From: Candidatus Saccharimonadota bacterium
Lineage (GTDB): Bacteria > Patescibacteriota > Saccharimonadia > Saccharimonadales > VXPC01
Direction: 5' to 3'
Length of the DNA stretch: 60,229 nucleotides
Assembly (NCBI GenBank): GCA_026707815.1
Contig: JAPOWB010000008.1
Location: 1-60,229 of the forward strand
Below are positions 1 through 7,305 of this stretch, one piece after another. A program made the position numbers and the translations under genes. Within the stretch, counting starts at the first letter, position 1, and each line of letters starts with the position of its first letter. Below the pieces are notes generated by a model, which made no database searches, had not been told where the DNA came from, and saw only the letters and a list, made by a program, of their open reading frames with translations.

Positions 1-33
1 TTGGAATGTTTAATAAACTTACTATCTATGTGT

Positions 34-663
34 CTATTTTAAGGGTATCCCCGCCTTTTTCAAATTGCCATCAGCATATGCTTCCCATTTAATCCGATTA
101 CCATCAGCATCATATTCAAACTTATCATACCCCGTTGAATTACCATCAGCATCATAAGATTCTTGTTTAATCCTATTGCCATCAGTATCATATTCATACT
201 GGTAATACCCCCTTGAATTGCTATCAGCATCATAGTATTCTTCATTAATCTTATTACCATCAGTATCATATTCATACTTGTAATACCCTATTAAATTGCC
301 ATCAGCATATGCTTCCCATTTAATCCGATTACCATCAGTATCATATTCAAATTTGATATACCCCCTTAAATTACCATCTGCATCATAGTATTCTTCATTA
401 ATCTGATTACTATCAGCATCATATTCATACTTATCATATCCCTCTAAATTACCAAGAGCATCAAACCATTCTTGTTTAATCAAATTGCCATCACTATTGC
501 AATAGTATTTTGTTGCATTTGTATCTTTAGGGCATTCAACCACTTCTTTAGGAGCATCAACTGGTTTTACTTCATCATCATTAATTAAAGCATAGATGAT
601 TATGCCAGCTCCAACCAGTAAGACAATGATGCTGGCAAGAATAATGATTAGCTTTTTATTCAT
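34..663 (-). CDS. Membrane-anchored short-period repeat protein (YD/'DADGN' beta-hairpin-like), paralog 1
   Basis: Lies in ORF 34..702. It has an N-terminal hydrophobic helix (KKLIIILASIIVLLVGAGIIIYALI) and a Cys box ECPKDTNATKYYCNSDG, followed by more than 12 units of about 12 aa (YDADGNxxGYxKYE). The start was moved to Met14 (MNKKL) by alignment with the paralogs at 759..1718 and 44088..44747. Confidence 0.75.
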   Translation of the reverse strand: MNKKLIIILASIIVLLVGAGIIIYALINDDEVKPVDAPKEVVECPKDTNATKYYCNSDGNLIKQEWFDALGNLEGYDKYEYDADSNQINEEYYDADGNLRGYIKFEYDTDGNRIKWEAYADGNLIGYYKYEYDTDGNKINEEYYDADSNSRGYYQYEYDTDGNRIKQESYDADGNSTGYDKFEYDADGNRIKWEAYADGNLKKAGIPLK

Positions 664-702
664 TGAATATAAGTATATCTCATAATCAATCACCAAAAAC
701 AA

Positions 703-724
703 AACCCCCTAATTAAAGGGGGTT
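703..724 (-). terminator. Intrinsic terminator hairpin after gene 759..1718 (recurring sequence module)
   Basis: The stem aaccccct/agggggtt (8 bp) has loop aattaa. On the minus strand it is followed by TTTTGTTTTT. The same hairpin recurs at 44754-44775 and 58985-59006, with a half copy near 1753-1768. Confidence 0.6.
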
Positions 725-758
725 ATCAGGTTATATACTTTTAAGGGGTAAAAATCAA

Positions 759-1718
759 TTAGTGGTAATACCTAGTATCTATCAACTTGCCATCAGCATC
801 ATAGGATTCCCATTTAATCTGATTACCATCGGCATCATATTCAAACCTATCATACCCCTCTAACTTACCATCAGCATCATAAAATGCTTCTTTAATCTGA
901 TTACCATCAGCATCGTATTCAGACTTGTTATACCACTTTAAATTACCATCAACATCATAGGATTCCCATTTAATCTGATTACCATCAGTATCATATTCAT
1001 ACTGGTAATACCTCCTTGGATTACTATCAGCATTATAGTATCCTTCATTAATCTGATTACCATCAGCATCATATTCATATTTGATATACCCCCTTAAATT
1101 ACCATCAGCATCATAGTATTCCAATTTAATCTGATTACCATCAGCATCATAATACTTCGTCTTACTAACCCTACCATCACTATTGCAGTAGTATTTTTCT
1201 GTATCTGTATCTTTAGGGCATTCTGTTTTATTTTTAGGTGAGATAGTTTCAATCAAATTACCATCAGCATCATAGTGTTCTATCTTAATCAACTCACCAT
1301 CACCATCATGTTTATTTATGAAATACCACAATAAATTACCATCAACATCATAGCGTTCTATCTTAATCTGATTACCATCAGTATCATATTCATACTGGTA
1401 ATACCATTCTAAATTACCATCAACATCATAAATTTCTTGCTTAATCACATTACCATCAACATCAGATTCATACTTGTGATACCATTCTAAATTACCATCA
1501 ACATCATAGTGTTCAGCACTAATCAAATTACCATCACTATTGCAAGAGTATTTTATTGTATCTGTATCTTTAGGACATTCAACCACTTCTTTAGTAGCAT
1601 CAGCTGGTTTTACTTCATCTTTTACTTCATCATCATTAATTAAAGCATAGATGGTTATGCCAGATCCAACCAGTAAGACAAGTATGCTGATGAGAATACT
1701 GGTTTGCTTTTTACTCAT
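759..1718 (-). CDS. Membrane-anchored YD/'DADGN' repeat protein, paralog 2 (two fused repeat units)
   Basis: 319 aa with an N-terminal TM helix. The Cys box occurs twice (VECPKDTDTIKYSCNSDG and TECPKDTDTEKYYCNSDG), each followed by runs of YDxDGNL repeats. Confidence 0.8.
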   Translation of the reverse strand: MSKKQTSILISILVLLVGSGITIYALINDDEVKDEVKPADATKEVVECPKDTDTIKYSCNSDGNLISAEHYDVDGNLEWYHKYESDVDGNVIKQEIYDVDGNLEWYYQYEYDTDGNQIKIERYDVDGNLLWYFINKHDGDGELIKIEHYDADGNLIETISPKNKTECPKDTDTEKYYCNSDGRVSKTKYYDADGNQIKLEYYDADGNLRGYIKYEYDADGNQINEGYYNADSNPRRYYQYEYDTDGNQIKWESYDVDGNLKWYNKSEYDADGNQIKEAFYDADGKLEGYDRFEYDADGNQIKWESYDADGKLIDTRYYH

Positions 1719-1945
1719 TGATTATAAGTATATCTCATATCAATTACCAAAAACAAAACCCCCTAATTAAATCTTTTAATTTATCTCTTATTGATAGGAG
1801 CAACAGATAACATTTTCTGTATTTTACCTAAAAATCAGCCCCAAAATAACTAAAATCAATAGTTTTTTATAGCCATATCTTAATTATTGAAAATATATTG
1901 ATGTCTATTTTTTCAATATATACCACAATAATGGCAGTTGACATG

Positions 1946-2036
1946 GCGGGGATCTTAAGATTATTTACCCTTTTATGGCAAGGTTCTTACCAGCTATCTA
2001 TTGGCATCAAAATTATACTTAATGCAATTCAAATTT
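1946..2036. repeat. Roughly 85-nt intergenic repeat, copy A (partner at 42786-42868)
   Basis: The core cagctatctattggcatcaRaattatacttaatgYaatt is shared with 42829-42867, with weaker similarity extending upstream. Copy A abuts the lysS stop codon. Confidence 0.6.
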
Positions 2037-3540
2037 TATTTCTTAAATATAAATTGGGGTAAATCTCCTGAGTTGGTTGACTGATTTCGTGCTTTAAATG
2101 AGGGAATGGCACCCCATCTCGAGCCATGACCCCCTCCAAAAGCCAGAATAACCTCTCGCTATAGCCTAGACCACAAGCAGGAGGCATGCCATATTCCAAC
2201 ATTTCTATAAAATCTATATCCAACATTTGAGCTTCTTGATTACCAGCCTGCCTTAAAGCTTGCTGCTTTTCCATGCGTTTCAGTTGATCAATCGGATCAT
2301 TTAATTCACTAAAACCATTAGCTACTTCCGTTCCACCAATAATAGCTTGAAAGCGCTGGCTCAAATTAGAATTCGAATCATCTAATTTAGCCAATGGCGA
2401 CATAAAAGCTGGAATATTGACCAGCCAAAATGGACCAGCCAAACCTGTCCTTATATTCTTGAATAATTTATCTATACAGGAGCTAAGATTGTCGATTTTT
2501 TCGACTTGAATATTTAATGATTTTAAAAAAGATCTCAAATCCTTTAAACCAATCTGAAAAACATCAATATCATAGTGTTTTCTCATTAAATCACTATAAT
2601 CATGCCGAGACCAAGCACTTTTTAAATTGATATTGAAATCTCCAATAGAAAATTCTAAAGTGCCAAAAGTTTTCTCAACAACATAACGGATTAGATTTTC
2701 TGTAAATTCCATGCCATCCTGCCAATCCTTGTATGCCCAATAAAATTCCATAGCTACATGTTCAGGTAAATGTTCATCACTATGATGCTCGTTGCGAAAA
2801 CGTGGACCAATATCATAGATTCGCTCATAGCCCCCTGATAACAACTTCTTTAGAGGCAATTCATGACTAATTCTTAAATAAAAATCTTCGTTTAAGGCAT
2901 CCATATGAGTCGTAAAAGGCTTAGCTTCAGCTCCACCAGTGGTGTGCTCTAAGACGGGCAAATTAATCTCAAAAAAATTATGTTGATTCAAAAAATCTCT
3001 GGTACTTTGCCAAAAAATTGATCGCCGAATAAAACGCTTCTGCACTTCAGGATTAATAGCTAAATCTAAATAACGTCGTCTTCGACAAGTTTCGATATCT
3101 TCTAGATGCAGAGGTAACGGCCTCAAGACTTTACAGAGTAACTTCAGTATTTCAACTTCTAGAGAAATTTCTCCTCTTTGGCTTTTGGTAATTCGACCAT
3201 AGACATTGATGAAATCTCCCCTAGTTAAAAGCTGTAAATCCTCGTATCTAAACTGTTGTTTATTCAACTGAGCAGAAGTCAGATTCTCTGAGCGAACAAT
3301 CAGTTGCAGATGACCGCTTTGATCTTTGAGATCAAGAAAAGTAATCTTACCATGTTGGCGAATAGTCATCAGGCGGCCTGCTAACCAATAAGTTTGACCT
3401 TGAACCTGATTAAAATTCTTATGAATATTAATTAAATCAGAATCTTGGATAGCCTGAGCTGGATAAGGATCTATGCCAAGTTTTCGAAGCTTGGCTAATT
3501 TATCTAACTGCTCTAAACGATATTCTTTTAAGGAAGCCAA
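2029..3540 (-). CDS. lysS: Lysyl-tRNA synthetase, class II
   Basis: 503 aa with an N-terminal OB-fold anticodon-binding region followed by the class II core, including the motifs YDIGPRFRNE and GLGYSERL. Confidence 0.95.
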   Translation of the reverse strand: MASLKEYRLEQLDKLAKLRKLGIDPYPAQAIQDSDLINIHKNFNQVQGQTYWLAGRLMTIRQHGKITFLDLKDQSGHLQLIVRSENLTSAQLNKQQFRYEDLQLLTRGDFINVYGRITKSQRGEISLEVEILKLLCKVLRPLPLHLEDIETCRRRRYLDLAINPEVQKRFIRRSIFWQSTRDFLNQHNFFEINLPVLEHTTGGAEAKPFTTHMDALNEDFYLRISHELPLKKLLSGGYERIYDIGPRFRNEHHSDEHLPEHVAMEFYWAYKDWQDGMEFTENLIRYVVEKTFGTLEFSIGDFNINLKSAWSRHDYSDLMRKHYDIDVFQIGLKDLRSFLKSLNIQVEKIDNLSSCIDKLFKNIRTGLAGPFWLVNIPAFMSPLAKLDDSNSNLSQRFQAIIGGTEVANGFSELNDPIDQLKRMEKQQALRQAGNQEAQMLDIDFIEMLEYGMPPACGLGYSERLFWLLEGVMARDGVPFPHLKHEISQPTQEIYPNLYLRNKI

Positions 3541-3604
3541 TAGTTATATTCTCTATTTTAATGATATGAACCTATATAAAAGTATACACTAGCTAAGGTT
3601 AATT

Positions 3605-4078
3605 TTAACTAATGCTAATAATCTTATAGGGCTGGTGACCTTTGGCTGAAGGTAGATTGACTTCCTCGCCAATAATCTTACCCATTAAAATCTGACCAAC
3701 TGGTGAATCATCACTGATTTTGCTTTCAAATGGATTGGCTTCCATTGTGCCAACAATAGTCAAAGTTTGTTTATCTCCACTGGTTAAATTATGTAGTTGG
3801 ACAACTGATCCCAAGCGAATAATAGCTGTTGCATCCTTAGCTTGAGAATCTATTAAGATATAATTTCTGAGCATGCTGTTAATCTCCTCTATACGACTAT
3901 CCAGTGATTCTTGTTCCTCTTTAGCTGTCTGATATTCAGCGTTTTCAGATAAATCTCCTTGTTCTCTGGCTTCGGCAATAATTTTGACAATTTCAACTCG
4001 ACGAGCCTTGAGTTTGGATAATTCTAATTGAAATTTTTCAACTCCTGATTGAGTTAAATAAACTTGGTCTTTACTCAT
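3605..4078 (-). CDS. greA: Transcription elongation factor GreA
   Basis: 157 aa. It has a coiled-coil N-domain carrying the acidic tip GDLSENAEY, and a C-terminal GreA/B domain (SPVGQILMGK). Confidence 0.92.
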   Translation of the reverse strand: MSKDQVYLTQSGVEKFQLELSKLKARRVEIVKIIAEAREQGDLSENAEYQTAKEEQESLDSRIEEINSMLRNYILIDSQAKDATAIIRLGSVVQLHNLTSGDKQTLTIVGTMEANPFESKISDDSPVGQILMGKIIGEEVNLPSAKGHQPYKIISIS

Positions 4079-4181
4079 TTCAACTAATCTATATGCCTAA
4101 TAATTGTAACAAAAAATCTCAAAAAGTATTAATGAATATAGCATTTAGTGAAATAGTAAATTGATGAAATTTTTTGACAAA

Positions 4182-5909
4182 TCAAGCTGAGAATAAATAT
4201 TGATTAATATATTCAGCTGCTTTATTAAGCTTGACTAACTCAACTTTTTGGTTAGATCGACATTTAATCTCTAAAGCTTCTGATTTTAATGTTTTGGGAC
4301 TGATAATCACCCTCAAGGGTAAGCCCAACAAATCAGCATTGTTTAATTTCTGACCAGCACTAACATCTTGACGATCATCATACAATATTTCCCAATTTTG
4401 ATTCTCGGCGAGATCTTTAATGATGGTTTGAGCCTCCTGATTGCCGATTAGATCAATAACATATATATGAAATGGACTGACATCAAGTGGCCAAATTAAA
4501 CCCTGATCATCACTTAAGACTTCAGCCATAGTGGCAATTGTCCTACCAATACCAATGCCATAACAACCCATATAATATTTTTGTAACACCCCTTTTTGGT
4601 CAGTATATTCTGCCCCTTTCATCTTATCTGAATAGTGATAACCAAGTTGAAATATATTGCCAACTTCAATGCCTTGGGCTTGTATTAAAGTCTGACCACT
4701 TAAACTAAGATATCCATCCTTGGCTAAAGCAATATCTGAAATAATTTGAGCTTTGAAATCTCGATCATAATTAATATTAATATAATCAAAATTTAACTGG
4801 TTAGCTCCTGAGATAGCATTGTTTAAAACCAAAATAGAGTCATCGGCGACAATGACTAAAGGATGATCTTTAGATTGAGCTTTCAGACCGACTGCTGAAA
4901 TAAAGCCAGCTTCTGAATCTAGCCAATCCTTAATTTGCTGATTAGTCAGGGGGGTTAATTGATGACAATTACTAGCTTTTTTTAGCTTGGTTTCATTGAC
5001 TTCCAAGTCACCCCTTAGACAGGCTAAAATAATTTCTTGTTTTTCATTGAGATAAACAACATTTTTAATATGTTGATTTAAAGGTACTGGCTGATGACAT
5101 TTAAAACTATCAGCCATAGTTGGTCCTCTTTCGGCTGAAACCTTTTCTAAAGTCTGGAGCTTCTCAGAAGATGGTGGTAATTCTTTATTGAAAACTGCTA
5201 TATCTTCGTGAGCTAAATAGCCGTCTTGAGTGAAAAAATATGCACTCTCGCCAACAGGTGAATCAACCACAAATTCATGGCAATAATCACCACCAATATA
5301 ACCCCCATCTGCGTCGACCATCTTGGTTGTCAGACCTAAACGCTTAAAAATGGTTGTATAAACTTCTGCCATTTGTTGATAAACGGCTTTAAACTGTTCC
5401 TGAGTGGAAAAACTGTAAGCATCTTTCATGATAAATTCTCGAACTCTCAACAAACCACCACGAGCTCGTAATTCATCTCTAAATTTAAGCCCAAATTGAT
5501 ATATATTAATTGGTAAATCTTTGTAACTAAGATTGAACTTACGAACTACATCAACAAACATTTCTTCGGCTGTACCCCCTAAAGCAAAAGCTGTGTTGCG
5601 CCGATCTTTGAGTTGCATTAATTCGAAACCTGTAGCCTGATCACGATTAGTCTCTTGCCATAAACTGAGAGGATGCAAAACTGGGGACAGCATTTCTAAA
5701 GCTCCAGCTTTATTCATTTCTTGTCTAATTAAATTCATGACCTTTAGCTGTAGTCTTTGACCTAAGGGTAGAAAATAATAACGCCCAGCTACGGATTCTC
5801 TGATGTAACCAGCTTGAACAAGTAGTTGATGAGACTTGATCTTCGATTTAAGACTGGTTGTTTTTGTTGATCTTCCAAAAAAACGACTATAAAAAATAAT
5901 CTCTGACAT
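4182..5909 (-). CDS. proS: Prolyl-tRNA synthetase (bacterial type with insertion/editing domain)
   Basis: 575 aa with class II motifs (FRDELRARGGLLRVREFIMKDAYSF, GCYGIGIGR) and a C-terminal anticodon-binding domain. Confidence 0.95.
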   Translation of the reverse strand: MSEIIFYSRFFGRSTKTTSLKSKIKSHQLLVQAGYIRESVAGRYYFLPLGQRLQLKVMNLIRQEMNKAGALEMLSPVLHPLSLWQETNRDQATGFELMQLKDRRNTAFALGGTAEEMFVDVVRKFNLSYKDLPINIYQFGLKFRDELRARGGLLRVREFIMKDAYSFSTQEQFKAVYQQMAEVYTTIFKRLGLTTKMVDADGGYIGGDYCHEFVVDSPVGESAYFFTQDGYLAHEDIAVFNKELPPSSEKLQTLEKVSAERGPTMADSFKCHQPVPLNQHIKNVVYLNEKQEIILACLRGDLEVNETKLKKASNCHQLTPLTNQQIKDWLDSEAGFISAVGLKAQSKDHPLVIVADDSILVLNNAISGANQLNFDYININYDRDFKAQIISDIALAKDGYLSLSGQTLIQAQGIEVGNIFQLGYHYSDKMKGAEYTDQKGVLQKYYMGCYGIGIGRTIATMAEVLSDDQGLIWPLDVSPFHIYVIDLIGNQEAQTIIKDLAENQNWEILYDDRQDVSAGQKLNNADLLGLPLRVIISPKTLKSEALEIKCRSNQKVELVKLNKAAEYINQYLFSA

Positions 5910-5939
5910 ATTTCATATATTACTGCATATCCTCAACAA

Positions 5940-5945
5940 TATAAT
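5940..5945 (+). promoter_or_regulatory. Consensus -10 box (TATAAT) 6 nt upstream of the methyltransferase ATG (leaderless geometry)
   Basis: The sequence reads caacaaTATAATaaaactATG with no Shine-Dalgarno. Only 42 nt separate the divergent proS and dcm start codons. Confidence 0.45.
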
Positions 5946-5951
5946 AAAACT

Positions 5952-6992
5952 ATGCAGAAGATGTTAAAATTAACTAAAATGAAAGGTTTGAAATTTATAG
6001 ATTTATTTGCAGGTATTGGTGGATTTCATCAAGCATTATCCAGTCAAGGTGGAAAATGCGTATTTGCTTCGGATTGGGATTCTCAGTCAAGAAAAACGTA
6101 TGAGGTAAACTACTCTATGACACCATTTGGTGATATTCGACAAATAACAGATAGACACTTGCCAAACTATGATATACTCTGCGCTGGTTTTCCATGCCAA
6201 CCATTTTCAATAGCAGGAGTATCAAAGAAAAAATCACTAGGGAAAAAACACGGTTTTGAGGATGGAGCTCAGGGCAATTTATTTTTTGAAATTATCAGAT
6301 TAGTTAATGTTAAGCGACCCAAGATTATATTTTTAGAAAATGTAAAAAACCTTAAATCACATAATAAGGGCGATACTTGGAAGATTATTTACACTGCTCT
6401 TAGAGAACATGGTTATGAAATTTTCCACAAAATAATAGATAGTAGTTATTATGTACCCCAAAAACGCCAAAGGATTTTCATTGTTTGTTTTGATAAACAT
6501 ATTTATCAAGATATTCATTTCAATTTTCCAAATTATCCGTTACAACGTGAAATTAATCTGAAGACCATACTCGAAGATGAAGTGGATAAAAAATATACCT
6601 TATCTAACAATATGTGGGCATATCTGCAAAAACATAAAGAAAATAGTGCTAAAAAAGGCAATGGGTTTGGGTTAGTCCATCCCTCACAAGATGAATACAC
6701 TAGAACAATGAGTGCTAGATATTATAAGGACGGTTCTGAGATATTAATTTTTCAGGGTAAAACTAGAAATCCTAGAAGATTAACCCCATCAGAAGCAAGA
6801 CGCTTATTCGGCTATCCAGATAACTTCATTATTCCTGTCTCAGATACGCAAGCCTATAAACAATTTGGCAATTCGGTGGTTGTACCCGTTGTTAGACATA
6901 TAGCCGAACAAATTACAAAAACTCTCCAGTATTATGCGATAGGAGATCCCAGAGCTTATGCTCCTCAAATGAAATTTTCACTAATTACTTAA
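5952..6992 (+). CDS. dcm: DNA (cytosine-5)-methyltransferase
   Basis: All diagnostic motifs are present: I FIDLFAGIGGF, IV GFPCQPFS, VI ENVKNL, VIII QKRQRIFIV, X QFGNSVVVPV. Confidence 0.93.
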   Translation: MQKMLKLTKMKGLKFIDLFAGIGGFHQALSSQGGKCVFASDWDSQSRKTYEVNYSMTPFGDIRQITDRHLPNYDILCAGFPCQPFSIAGVSKKKSLGKKHGFEDGAQGNLFFEIIRLVNVKRPKIIFLENVKNLKSHNKGDTWKIIYTALREHGYEIFHKIIDSSYYVPQKRQRIFIVCFDKHIYQDIHFNFPNYPLQREINLKTILEDEVDKKYTLSNNMWAYLQKHKENSAKKGNGFGLVHPSQDEYTRTMSARYYKDGSEILIFQGKTRNPRRLTPSEARRLFGYPDNFIIPVSDTQAYKQFGNSVVVPVVRHIAEQITKTLQYYAIGDPRAYAPQMKFSLIT

Positions 6993-6999
6993 AGTTGAT

Positions 7000-7266
7000 A
7001 TGTTAACAGAAGCAGAACGGCTAGATTTAAAAGGTATTGAAGACAGATATTATATGCCACCCATAATCAAGCGTCTAGAGCGACTATCTTTAGAAAAAGG
7101 CTATCAAGAATCAATGTCACATCTATATTCTGTAATAAATGATGCCAAAAATGAAGTAATGAAAATTATTCACTCAAGACAAAAGACTGGCAAAATCAGC
7201 AATGTATCACAAGCTAGCAGAGCGGTAGTTGGTAATATTTTCGCTAATTCGATAATTTATCTCTAG
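7000..7266 (+). CDS. Hypothetical 88-aa protein, possibly the remnant of a cognate restriction gene
   Basis: It starts 8 nt after the methyltransferase stop, and the giant convergent gene begins 40 nt after its end. No recognisable motif. Confidence 0.35.
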   Translation: MLTEAERLDLKGIEDRYYMPPIIKRLERLSLEKGYQESMSHLYSVINDAKNEVMKIIHSRQKTGKISNVSQASRAVVGNIFANSIIYL

Positions 7267-7305
7267 CTCTGACAAACGCGGTGACTCAAACAGGAGACTT
7301 AAGAA

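Noticed and set aside
60-275. Alternative-frame and antisense ORFs in repeat-protein genes (60-275, 45115-45531) and ORF 42828-43022.
   Set aside because: These are by-products of the periodic repeat DNA. ORF 42828-43022 runs antisense through the promoter and 5' end of the plus-strand repeat gene.
34-1718. Regular short DNA periodicity that might superficially resemble a CRISPR array. The same pattern occurs in 24827-26536 and 42933-45356.
   Set aside because: The period is about 33-36 nt with no unique spacers. It lies in long ORFs that translate into coherent amino-acid repeats, and no cas genes are present.
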